DNA of 64,000 bases from assembly GCA_977016875.1 (NCBI GenBank), contig CDRNST010000186.1:2790001-2854000 (forward strand), in the 5' to 3' direction. This document shows positions 13,301 to 27,186 of the stretch, piece by piece. The position numbers and the translations under genes are program-made. The first letter of the stretch is position 1. Every line of letters begins with the position of its first letter. The stretch is from Pavona decussata. Lineage: Eukaryota. The notes below the pieces were generated by a model, which worked only from the letters and a program-made list of their open reading frames with translations, was not told the DNA's origin and ran no database searches.

Positions 13301-16300
13301 TGCCATAACATTTCGCAAATTCTCCAGTAAGCTAATGGCTTGTGCCATCAGAATATCAATGCGAAGATAACAAATGCAATGGTCTGCAGATCGTGGGCTA
13401 TAGCCTAAACCTTCATCAAACAATGGCATGCACTCTTCAATATACCCTGTAATATTCGCCTAAAATATTGTTTTTACTTTTCAGTGAGAAATGCACTTCT
13501 CAACTTATCAAAATTTTCTTTAAGCAACAGATATCATTTTCAGGGAGAAAGATAAGAAAGTTCTACCCTTTAAAGGTTTGTAGGGGATCATACCAACTAG
13601 ATGTCCACTTATAGTGATGATAGAAGAACTGTAACTTGCATTGCACTAATCACTACCTTGTTCTGGGTCATGTCCCATGCAGATGGCATGAACTAACTGA
13701 GACGCACTTGGCAGTTCACATAATGCTGAGAACATTCGTCTGTGGAGAAACATGGTCAAGTTTAGTCGGAAACAGTTTGTAACTTGTATGCAAGAAAGAA
13801 AACCCACTCATTAGGAGAACTCAGGTTACAAGAAAATACTCTAAAGTTATCTCATGACAAAAAGATGAGTACCTGTGTACAAGTGATCTGTGAATAACGT
13901 TCAAGGTAATGCGATGGCAATCTCCTGTAGTTAGACCCTCGGGAAAGTCTGATGATGATTGGTGAAGGTCAATTGTTACTTCCAAAGTGTCAGGTTCTTC
14001 ATTTGACTTCTTAACTTTGTGGATGATACAGTGACCTACCCAAAAGCTGGAGCAATCGCCGCTGGATTTGTAACGAGAGTTGCTCTTCAACGCCGACATT
14101 TTAAGAGACCGATCAGATGACAAATGTTGAGTGACGCTGGGCTACAAATGATACAACAATAAACACGTAAATAATGGAAGCCACAATTACTCTCTCTCTC
14201 TCTTTCTCCCTCTCTTAGCAAAAAAATACTAAAAAGAAAAAAACAACGAAATTCCACATATGTAATGGACAGAGAGAACCACAGATAATTACAATTGATA
14301 TGTAGCTCATTTTAGTTGTGACAGCCGGCGAAAAGTTAAAAGCCAATAAGAACTGTAATCAAAGAGATGGCCCCTTGGATAATTTTACGCTAGTAAGCAA
14401 CCTTTACTCACTCTTAGGATGCCTCTTTCGGTACCATGGCCAGCTGCAAAGGATGCCGAATGATTTGCTTTCATATGCTGGTCTTCTTGTACGCGAACGC
14501 AAACAAAATCTCCCACATGGAACTCAATTTGACGAATGGTGCAATATTCTTCCAGTAGACTAAACGAGCCTTTAACGTCTCCTTTTGAGTCAGTCTTTGT
14601 CCACTGTACATCCAGGTTGTGTATGGTGAACTCGTCGTTCTCATCGACGGCTCCAGTTGCTGCTTCCATTGCAAGAACTGGTTTCCAAGCGTGAAAGTAG
14701 TTGTCTACACTAGAATACCTCACCCGAGATGCTTGGGACCGCAATAACGTTGCAAAACATTTTGTCGGATTTTCCCTGTGCTCAATACAAATATGCACGC
14801 TAGGATTGATCTTAAAGAGCTGAACTTCGGGATGAAGAAATCCATGTGTCATGTGAGCGGAAAGTTGAATGTTTACAACGTCAAACGTCTTCAGAGTCAA
14901 GCGTTTCTCATAGAAATGGCCCATGTTGTCCTTCTTATCTGGTCTAGAACTTCCAGTGTTGGTGGCGCTGGAATTATTACGTCGAGGTATCTGACGATCT
15001 CTATCGGTCTTCGCAATCAATTTTCTGAGTCTGCTGTAGTCTGCATCTTTCATTGCTTCCAAAATCTGCCGCCAATTCTCCGCTGAGAGGTCCAATACTT
15101 CTTCTTTGTCTACCATTCCTTGGGATAAGAGTTTCTTCACTTCCTCCTTTTCAGCTTTGCGTTTCTTTACATGGCCTTTCCTTGGTGCTATGTACAGTCT
15201 TTGTTTCCACGTCAATACTATTTCTGAAACATCTTCATTGATAGCAATTCTGAATTCAAGTGGGTTGAGGCTACTAAGTTTAAGTTTCCTCTGTGTTGCT
15301 GATAGATGGTTGAATTCCTGGTTTAAGATCTCCAAACTAATTGCTCGATCCTCGATTAAGGCAATAACTGCTTTGGTTTCTTGACTTTGTTCCCTGAGTT
15401 TCGCAGCTGTATGGACCTTATTACATCCTTTCTCAAACCTTCTGGAGTTGGCTTGGGCAAAAGTGGAGCGCCGACAGACTTTGGCCACTTGGTCCTTCGA
15501 TACCTCTTTTGTCTTGCCACCTGTCGTGATTAAATCCAAAACAAGTCGGTGTACTTGGATATCTACATAGCGGCGTATGGGTGACGTGAAGTGAGTGTAG
15601 AAAGGGATTCCCATAGAGAAATGGACAACGTTTTCCTCCGACAGATCTCCTTTGCAGACGTATTGAGATTTGGGCTGAATTCTTTGAAAATGCGAATTCG
15701 CCACAGCCAGCTGAGGATGATGTCTCTCGTTGCAAATCAAAAATTGCAGTTTGGTGTGGTCTTCAAGCATTGCAGCATCACAGATATCGGACCAAACAGA
15801 CTGTTGTACTTTAAATTCTCTTGATTTTGAGCATTCAGCATCAGCAGTTATTTTCTGAAGGGTTTCTTCTGAGTAGAAGCCACGAAGGTAAAGAGAAAAG
15901 TTAACGAATTGTCCGTACTGTCGGACCCAATCGTTCAGTCTATGTTCTTTAGGTGGTAGCTGTGTTCGCAGAGGTGCTGCGTCCGGGATGTCTGTGGAAA
16001 GGTAGTTTGCTACTTGTTCGTTAGCAAGAATCATCATTTCCTCCACCATTTCGTGGGCTTTAAAGCTTTCAGGATCATTACCAATGTCAGACCAATGATC
16101 AAATGCAGCATCTTTCAGCCGCATTACCCTCCTCTTTTGCGCAAGTAAACTCAGGGCTTGAATCTTTCTGGCAGTATCATTTGGTATCTGCTCGGTAGAA
16201 GTGTGATGGCCATCAATAACCTTCTGGGCTTCCCCGTAGCTCAGCCTACAGCAAGATCTGACGATGGTGCGCTTTATTTCCGGCAGTCCAAGCAGTTTTC

Positions 16301-19300
16301 CTTCCTCTGATAGATCTAGGAACACCGATAAGGACAGACGATCTTTTCCAGGAAGAAGGCTGCAATGATTTTCACTGAGCGCAGGAGGAAGCATTGGTAC
16401 GCTTCCGTAGCCGAAACCAGGGTAGTATGACGTGCAGCGAAACAAGGCATCTTTATCCAATGGGGTGCCTTCTTTCACAAAGTAACTGACGTCTGCTATG
16501 TGAACCCCTATCCGATAAACAGACTCCGGAAGCTGTTCCACAGTAAGAGCATCATCGAGATCCTTAGACATTTCCGGATCGATTGTGAACGCTCCTTCAA
16601 TTTTCTTACGACTTTGATACTCCTCAGCTGGTACTGACCAAGTCGTTGGAAACTTTGACAGAACTTGTTGTTTGCTTTCCTCGTCGAAAGACTTCCTGAT
16701 TCCATGCTCCGCAAACAAAATTTCCATACTGGCATCCACGGTATCCTTTTGTGGCAGTTTTCCTATGATGATTCCCAAGGGACTACTGTATTCTTGCTTC
16801 CAATCTAAGTACTGGACCAGGAACAAGTACTTTCCACTGCAGAATTCCGCAATATCCATCACATCAACTCGTAATTTATCATCATCCCCATCACGCATTT
16901 CTTTGTAGATAGGCATACCCTTGACATCTTTCGCAGTCAGGGTCACTATTCTGGGGACAGACTTGTTGATAGGGAGCATTAATTCTGGATTTTCGTAATC
17001 CACTCTGCACACGAACTGACGCTCACGCGGACTGATGATGTGATTCAGCACACCTGAAAATAAAATAATGTGAAGTGTAATCTCAAAGTTTTAAATCATG
17101 TATTTGTTGTGGTCTCCATAATCCTACGGCTATTTAAGGGGCGGTATGGGTCTCTTCCAGAAAGGTTTCATGGCTTTCAACATGAAAAAGGTTACATGGC
17201 TCTTGACATAAAAGTTCTGAAGATCTGTGTGATTAATTAGCTAGCACCTCTTGACTCTGAATAACTCCTTATTTTATTTATTATTTCTGGGACAACAAAG
17301 ATTATTTCTCGTGACATTAATGATGTTTGTATCTGTATCTGAATGCACCACTGATTAAATAAATAGACTGTCAGGGATAGTAGAATTAAAGGAAAGGTAA
17401 TCACTACTCGCGCCAATAAGTTGTATCTAGAACCAGACGCACGAGAGTAAAAAACGGTCGTTTGAAATTTGACCATTTACTTTGGCTCAAGCAAATAAAA
17501 TCACCTGCCCTTCTTCAGATGTTTTTGTTAGACAGACACATGTCTATAACTAGTTGACAGGATGAACTTGACGATTTTTTTTCAAGACAAACACTATCTG
17601 GGCCCACAAGGGGCGATGTTTATATTTGATGACATTCAACATTACCGATCGCGTGATTTACAAATGGTTGTTAATCACGTGATATAAATTGAAGTAGCTA
17701 GGACTTAACGTTTTTAATGCCCTTTTTATCCCGCTAGTTGAAGTTTGGCTTTATAATGAAGACGACAACTTATATGTCAAATTAGTGCTCACAAAACAGT
17801 GTCAAAAATGCTCATTGAAACTTACCAACAATGTGTCCCTGAGATTGTAGGGCATCATCCCTTGATGAAACGCTATCATTTGTCTTTTTGATAACCACAC
17901 GATCCATATCAAACACACTTCGCACCCTTCCCTTTATTTTGATATCAGGCGTCTTGGTGTCCGATACCACTCCATATGCTGAGCGAAAACTTTTCGTATT
18001 GAGACGAAGCGTACAGGGAAGATATTTCTCTGGTTCATTTTGCAAATGGCGCTGTAATATCTCTACATCAAAGTAATCCTGTTTTTTTGAAGATGTAGTA
18101 AGCCTCTGCACCCTAGAAGAATGCTTCTGCTGAAACTCGACAGTCACCAGTCGAGCCATCTTGCGCCCATTGCTGTGGTAAATTTGGTAGTCCGCAGAGG
18201 AAAGACTGGAAAAAGCTGGCTTCTCTTGCCGAGCGGCATTAGCTGCATGTTTCTCCGTCTTAAAAGTTTTCTTTTTCGTGGTTTTAGCTGCCTGCAAGGA
18301 GGGAAAGACCTCTTCACTTTGCTTGGTTTGTTTACACTTCTCTACAAGTGCCTTTATTATCTTTCCCATGTACTTTGGAAATACAGTTTCATCTTCAAGA
18401 CTTTCTCGTCGAAATTCATCGAAGAAGGCGGAGGTTTCATGGATTCCATCGGCGGGTTCACTATTGGACAGGGTTGAGTTCTCAATTTCTTCAAATAAAC
18501 TACCATCCTCCTCTTGCTCGCCTTCAACTTCCTCAGAGGATTCTTTCTGCATCAATTTCACTTTAAGCGGTCTGCTTTCCTGTGCGTCCTTCGCCATAGG
18601 GTTGTTTTCGTTTCCTTCTGCTATAGGAGATATCGCGCTCCTATGTTCTCGGCTTTGGGGCACTTCCAACGGTGAAGGATCACCTTTCTCGCCGTCTTGC
18701 TGAACAGTTGATCCATCTACAGACTTACAATCTTGTTTTCTTGCTTCTGGTATTGATCTTGGAACAAATTTGGCAGCTTGAGGATTTAAAGAAAATTTTG
18801 AAAGAGATATGCTTAATATTTCTTTGTTTAGTTCCTCAAAAGATGTTCCATATAAGGCTTTACGATCACTACATCTTTCGATATAATCTAGCCAGATGCC
18901 TCTGCATTCACCAACAGTACACAAGGAAACTGGATCTCCCACAACAGCTACCATGGACTTTGCTCTGGTTATTGCAGTATTCAAAAGTGTGGCGTCAGAT
19001 AAGAATTCCCAGTAGAGTTGCTGCTGAGAGCAGGTTCCTTGACCACGTGGGTGGCAGGTTAGAGCTGTACGCACTGTGCTAATAAATACGGCTCGAAATT
19101 CTTTTCCTGGAGAGGTAAGCAAAAAAACTTACATAATTTTTGACAAGCACCATAGCATAATAATAAGAATTCCGTTATGTACCTGTAAGTCTACTTTTAC
19201 TTACTAGGTTTGCTCTTTAAATGAGAACAACCGGAAAGCCAGAAAAATAGATTTTATTATCCAGGAAGGGCTTATTTTGGAACAAGGAACAGAATAAAAA

Positions 19301-22300
19301 CAAAAACAGAAATCTAGGTTGCCTGGAAGAGACAGGTTTGTCTGGTGTTCCCGGGCGCGGTTTTTGTTACATTTACCATATTACAAGCATTCCCTGTCTA
19401 CAAGGCTTACATGCTCGGATTCGGTCAGGTTCGTGAAGGTTCTTAGTTAGACTCCTTCAAAAGGTCTGTTAGGTAGACTGCTTTAGGGGTAAGGAAACAG
19501 ACAACATTTCTAAGATGATACAAAAAAATATAAAATGAAGGAAATTAAAATCGAAATAACATACCTTGTACATTATAAATACTTTCCACGGTGACACTCC
19601 CAAGTTCCGTACCAGCTCTTCTCAGTAACGATCGAATAGTTTGAGCCTAAAGTCATAGGGATTAAGGAACAAAATGTGATGAGACAAATGTGACAAAATG
19701 TGCGCTGATGTGAGGTAGCAATAACCTATTGTTCCATTCCTTTGAAGTCGCTTCAGGTCCTCATCCAAAAGATCTCACCTTTTTCTAAACGAATAAAACT
19801 GAACTTATTCAAGTGAATTCCACTTGAATAGGTGAAGTGAATTCCCTAAGGATTAAAGGAGCCTTGAACCTACAAAATCCAGCAGTATTGCCCATTTCTA
19901 AATGACAAACTTAACTCTTGAATAAAAAAAATGTTTTAAAATTCAGAAATAAAAAAGAAATTTGGTTTGTTTTTTTCTATTCGTTTGTTTCCAATGGAAT
20001 TAAACTTGTAGTTTTGATAAATATTATCGCAGTCTTTGATCAGAATGTTTATTTCCCAACACTGCGTACTTAGTTCGATTAACGCCTGGCCGCGATATTC
20101 ATACAGTCAATTACTTATGCGATAGAAAATTTGTTTGCTAACTCGCACCCGCTCCCCATGCATGTTATTGCTTGTCGCTAACAACAAAAGGTTGAGATGC
20201 ATAATAATAATAATTGCGCATGCATGTAGATATTAGACGTTTGGTGTCTACTTTGGCTGTATAAATTTATTAATGCAGCACAACTCGCAAACATACATAA
20301 CAACACCCTGCAACAAAATACCTGATAAGATATATTCAAAGGTTCAGGGTAAAGCAAAGTTTTAACATATCAGATTATATTCAAAGCCAATGCTCTGGTT
20401 CACATGTGCTCCTACAGATTTGCAAAGAGTATTATAGGGTTAATATTAAGTGTGTTAAGCGAAGTATGTGGTTAGTAATACCAAGCGGTCAAGATGCGTT
20501 TGGTAGAGAATTTTGCTAGCTCACGGATGATTGTATTAGCTCTCACTGGCGAGATATTTTGCAACTTTACCTGTGTCATGTAGGCGGATAAGACGCCAAT
20601 CTTGGAAAGATCTTTCGCACCCCACTCCTCTGGCCACTCATCAGAGAGCTCCGTCACTCTCCTTACAACTTCATTAGCTTCAGTTACATTCCTGTAGGAA
20701 TTTTCTAGCACTTCCTCCACTCCAATAGCAGAAAAGAATAGCAGTGGCCCGAGCTTTGGATGTGCGGCTTCCCCAGAACAGGGGATAAGCTCTTTGCCAT
20801 AAAAGTTGTCGGAGGAAAATTGAAGGATATCTGGATGGCAACGGTAATTCTTTGTCAAGAACTTTACATTTCGATCAACATCAGTTTTTGTCTCGTGGTA
20901 GTAATCGAACAGCCTCTCAGGAAGTGAGCGTTGCAAGCCCCATTCTCGTGCAAAATGTGAATACACCTCTGGCTTAATCTAAAAATGCATCAAAATCAAA
21001 GGAAGAATTTCAGAACACATTGTCTGTCAATTCTACCAGAAGGCGAGTGTGCAATTCAAAATGAAATTAAATGCATTGTGCTTAAAAGTATTAATATGAT
21101 TTCTGCCCCTGTAAACATTGAATGGAAATTTTTATTTACGCATTTTTATGTTTGTTATTTAGAGGGCAAAATAACCACACCAACATAATTATTTTACCTT
21201 AAGAAATCCTTTTTATGTTATCTAGGAAATCTGTTTTCGTTGTCACGAAACTAACTGAAACACTTGTCTACAATTTTTTTTTTTTAACTTTCTCAAAATT
21301 GGAGTGAAAATGTAATGCCTGACCACTTTGCCACTGGCTGTTAAGGGTGACGTCTATCCATTAATAGACAAACTTGCAAAATAACCTTAATTGCTGAGCT
21401 GTACGATCTGTATACCGTTAATAAAATTACTAACAAATTACTCAAGAATATTTTCCTCAAAGGTGTAATACAGAACTTCTCCATTCTATGTGAATATATT
21501 TTAGTCTTTTTTTTACCTGCATGTGATCTCCCGTGAAGACAACCTTGGTATTAGGTCCGGCTAAAACAAGTGGTGTTAACGCTTCTGGCTCCAGGGCTTG
21601 GGCAGCCTCATCCACCAAAATGTGCGAGAAAAAGCCGTGGTTTAGATTAAGTTGTAGCAGATGTTTAGACGTGGCCAGAGTTGTTATTACCACCCGATGA
21701 CGGATAACGTCCTCTCTGCTAGGAAGCGCATAGGCGTTGTTTGTGATCAAGGCATACCTCTTGCCAACGGAACAGTCAGCATCCAATCTGTAACAGTTCA
21801 AGAAAGCAAGAGGCCCTTAGTACTAGTATGGATGTGAATTAGACTGCTGATGGTACAATCATCCAGTTTCAGTCTTTGTCTTTTACTTGTTAGTGTCTAT
21901 TTATTTTGTGTCCCCAAATTAGTATGGGATTTTCCCAGGGTATAAGGCATTGACACGATAATAAAGTTTCATATATGAATCATCTCATATACTTTACATC
22001 AATAAAGTTTCAATTCTATTCTATACGGTTAAGCCCATTCGATTAAAGACGAATTCGAACGTTGAGGGTGCAAATTACATTCAGTCTGGTGACAAAACAT
22101 CCTTTCTCCTCATTTATAGATTGTATTTTAATAGGTCATATATCGGCGACGGTTTATTTAAGTGACATAGTCAAATGTTTTATTGTCAAAATAATCGAAA
22201 CTCCTTTTCTTCTTGCGGCTTCCTTACCCGTTTGTTACACATAAGGCATGTAGGTCATCATGACAAATGGTCGTGACACTTTTACTAACCTTCTTCCTGT

Positions 22301-25300
22301 ATGGTAAATCCTTAGCGGCCTTGCTGCTTTTATCCCATTCTCTTCTGTCAAGTACTCGTGTAGAAGCTTAACATGCAAGTCGGCTGCACTGTTTGTGTGC
22401 GTGCAGAGCAAGATACGGGTTTTACTCTTTGTTACCAGCTCACGAATGGCCCTATGTAAAGTAAACGTCTTGCCAGTGCCAAACGGACCAAACACCACAA
22501 GTGGTGGAGAATTACTTTCAGGCGCCAAAATGCGTGCGATGACTTCATTTTGACGGTCATCCAAATTCAAGCAATTCCAAAACGGTTGTTCCTATTTAAA
22601 GCCAGAAGATAGAAAAAAAGGTGTGACCATAGAATATGGATATTTTTCTAAGATAACAATGTCCATGATCAACGCACTATTTTTCGTTAATTATATCGGC
22701 AAAACTAATGAAACCTTTTGTATTTTTTACATTGTATTCATAAAACGACCACGTCAGCTCTGCTGTGATTTTTCAAACTTGTATAGTTTTACATAAATGC
22801 AACTACACCTAGTAAACTCAAACTTTCCTTCATCTGTTTTTAAATGTAACATGTAATGTTAAATCTACTCCGTGACAATTGTTGTCAGTTTCATTTTTGA
22901 AATTGAAAAAACAATGTGTCGAAAATTGGAAAACTGAGTCTAAAATGTGAAGAAAAGAGAAGGGCACAAAAATGTATGTACTCCATAACAAGATATTTTG
23001 TATAACATTTTCCGGCATTTAAAATTTAAGGTACTGATATTGGTTTCTTGATGGTATAGTTATTTCGTTTTCCATATAGGACTTACACGGAACGATAACG
23101 GTACATGTCAGGAATGAATAATTAAGTAGAGTAACGCTTACCTCATGTGTCGCTTGCGAGGGATTTGCTTCCGGAAAGAGTAGACTTCGATGAACAGGAC
23201 CCAACCTGTCAATTGTATCATGCCATTCCCACAGAGGCTGCCGGTTTAGCTGAAACTGTACATCAACTGGAATTTTGCCAGTGTTGGTCAAATGCAGGTC
23301 TATGCAGATCTGAGAGGACAACTTTAACACGATGCTCGTGGTAGTGGTATCAACGTTTTCAACGACGGCCTCGTACACTCTTTGAGAACTACTATCAGCC
23401 AGTTTTAGCCAAGCAGTCTGCACATTTCGGATGAGGAGTCGACCAGCAGTATCATCTGGTTGTGGGATTCCATTCTCTTGAAGTTGGATGACGCCAAATA
23501 ACTCCCCGTTAGCAGCATAAATCGTCTCACCTTTCTTTCCAAATGCACTATCTTGGCCTTGCATTGGAACATTACGGAGAACGAACCTTTAATAGAAAAA
23601 TAATATTTTACTTTCTATGGGATTGGATGTGTAAGGTCATATCTACAAAATTGCAAAATTACTTTGAGGTGGACAACGACTGCCAAAATCTGCACATTAT
23701 TATTCTCATTCTATCCTTTTCTGATTTCTCACAAAAATGGAGAGTCGAGGAAACTGAGGACCATTTATGGACGTTTGATGTGTTTAAGGAGCCAATTCAA
23801 ACTTTTGAACGAACGTGACCTATTGACAGTGTCTGAAAACCTCCATAGTTGGCCTGGCCTGACCGTGACTATAGTCAGTAGTAGTTGAATGAAAATGAGA
23901 TGAATTACTTTGGCCTTAGCAGTGTACTAATCAAATATTAAATGCGCTTAATATTGAAATGTCTAAAACTTACTTTGAAATCGCCTTTTTGATGAACAGT
24001 TCTTCAGTAAACAGCAATTGATGCATGAATCTCTGGTAGTTCTCTGCTGTTAAATTCACTTCAATCACTTGCGCGGAAACTACGTTCTCAATCCTGGCGG
24101 GTAACTGGTACCGGTTTTGCAACACTCCGTCTTGATTACTCACTGAAGTAGTCCGCGACGATGCTACAACTTCCACTGGTCCCTCCGTCCACACTGAGGG
24201 ATCCAATTCGAGTTCTTCTCGTGTTGCTGAAATTGTATCCAAGACTTCCGCCCTTGCTATGTCTACGTTTAAACCCTGCAATAAGTAAGGCTTCTTGCCA
24301 AAATCAAACCTGAGGCACTGGGTAAACGTACGGTTAGAGGTTTGCTTTGGAGACTCAAAAGAAACAGACACGTCAACTTTCATTTGACCTGCTTTTTGAT
24401 TGATCCAACTTGGGAGGCTATACGACCAGCGTTCATCCGGCACCCTTGAGAATATCTCTAAGTCTTTCAAGAAGCCTTTGACTCCTGTCAGTCGATAACA
24501 ATTGTGATAACGATGAGTGAGATCAATTTGCCTCAGCATACCAGTTTCACTTATCTATAAAACACAAAAACATGGATTGGTGAACCACTGCCGAGGAAGT
24601 GCGACCATCCAACAGTAATGAATTGAAGAAGTAAGGAACATTCCTGAGTTTGAGCGCTCAGTTACACTTAAAGGGTCAATTGAACCTCAGTCTCAAGTTA
24701 GGTTTACTAATTAGAACGATTTCAGCGACGAAGCTCATCGGAATGCTACAGAGCTATTCAGCGTGATTAAGGTGTGGAGAGATGCATTTTCAGTCCCAAA
24801 ACCACCCTTTGATTGTTCAACTCCACTTTCAGAACTCGAGGACAATCATTTCAAACATAGAAGGTTACATAAGCTATCAAAAACGCTAATTTATTTGTCA
24901 CTGCAAAGAAACTTTGCTGCAACATCGCCGACCAACGTAATTTTATTTTCATCACCTGATACGTCACGTGATCACGATGTATGCGTTTAGCCAAAAAAAA
25001 AAAAATCAAATTAAAACTAGCCTCGGAGGCTAACTTTAAACTGGCAGCTTGATATAGCTGGTGGCTTCCAGAGGCTAGACGGAAGTACAATGTAACAATG
25101 AGTATTATCTAATATTTTTTTCTACGAAAATTATGGATACGCCTGCTAGACACACGTGTAATAAACATCTTTCACTTATTTTTTCAATTTATTGTCTTCC
25201 ATTCTTAAGTTTTGCTTATACTTTGTTATTCGCTTATGCCCCGGGAACGTGAGACAAGATAACCTTCAATTTCAGATTGTTCTTAACTGAATAAGGCATA

Positions 25301-27114
25301 TTTTATTTGTTTAATTTATTTACCTCAAATAATGCAGTGAATACCCAGTCATAGGTGTGGTGTGTCCCATCTCCGCAAAGGGAGATTTCTACCGTTGAAG
25401 GTTTATCACTCGAGACCTGTACTCCAGGAAGACTGTAAACCATCTAATAAACAACAAAGAACAAAATGCTTTATTTGGAATCCTTTAAAGTAATAGCTAA
25501 CCTTAGCCAAAAATTACAGACGTTTTCATTCCTGTAGTGATATGTGTGATCCGACTTATCGGCATCCATCATCAGTTTGAACGGAGTTATACATTCATGC
25601 TAAAATCATGACAGCGTCGACTCATGGCGATCAAAAGATGTCTGCATAATTTTGTGAGGGACGTGGTCATCTTTTGCACATGCCGTATGTGTGCATATTA
25701 ATTTTATGCCTACAGTGACACGTAATTCCGTCGCGTCATTGTCTAAATATTTAACGACATTCTACGATAGTAAGAAAACTTTCGAGCGGCTAGTAGATAT
25801 AATAGAGGTGAGGGCATACAAAGGTTAAACTACCTCGGTCCTGGAAATGTCAGCAACTTTCTCTGTTGTTTTGTCAAATGATTCTCCTTCACTACTCGTT
25901 GGAGTACTTTTGTCAAAGTAATCCTCCCTCGTGCGGTCTTTCCATGATCTCAGTTCTTCTTGACCGTGGGCAAACGTACAAAATCTCCCATTTCTGCATA
26001 CCCGACCAGTCTTCCACCTAATTAAGCAGCAAAAACGAGGTCAGCAAATATCACGAATATTTTAGCGATAATTTAAAACTGGTTTGAAACTTAAAACATG
26101 GTTATACATATGAATTTACCATTTACACAACTGGAAGTTTCCATGGTAAACACCAAGTGGAGGAGATCGTGGCCTAGCATGGCTTGTATCATAAATTCTC
26201 AAAGATCCTTGAATGCGCTCTTGGGGTTTACGATTGATGTCGAGATCAAGGTCGGCTTTGAAGCATTTAGGATTGGGAATTTTTCCAGACGAGCCAGTGC
26301 ACTCTGTATAGTAACAATATATAAATTATATAATCATTTTTCTTAATAGTGTATGAATAGTGTATGGCAACTGAGAAAGGCACAGACTGTACCTTTTCAA
26401 AAGAAACCTAAATTGCCGGAGTACTATACCATACGGCAGGAGTTTTCAAGCATATTTTAAGGAAACCTTTTTTCTGGCATTGGTATAATAATGTGAGTTC
26501 TCGTCATATAAACTACTAAGGTTTGACATGAGAGCGTACGAAACATAAGAAATACTGTAATGACTGTTTAACCTCCACTAAACTACGCTCTACTTTCGCT
26601 GTTGTAAGAAGACAGTTTGGTATTGAATTCATCATTATCATCATTAGTTAAAGTGATACTTATTTCCACGAGAAGTGCTTAAAAATCAGTGATGAGTGAA
26701 ATTTCCATCAATGCAGTTTTAGAACACGAGAATAAATCTACGAAATTTTGATGAACTTAAATGTTATGTAACTCCACGCACGCGGCATGCCTATGATTAG
26801 TAACCACTGCTATAGTACCGCGGTATTAGATACGATACGCAAGCATAGATGGAAAGGTAAACTGTCAACTTTTAGCAAGCATTTTTGTCTTCTATTACAG
26901 CATTAAATGCCCGGGTTATTACATTGACAGGGAAGTCACCACTGCTTACGGTTTGTAATAAGCATCGTTTGTTGTTTAGGTCTGGCCCCACCAACGCTAT
27001 CGGCTGTTAGTCATGAAATCAGTTTTCACCTTAAATTAAAGACAGCAACTACGTGTGGCGTAACTCGTTTGCACTAATTCATAGGCGTAAATGGCCTCCA
27101 AAGCGTTTCTCGCC

Positions 27115-27186
<72 letters not shown>

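Noticed and set aside
14471-19082. Short antisense or alternative-frame ORFs overlapping the large exons
   Set aside because: Shadows of the coding strand with no recognisable motifs.
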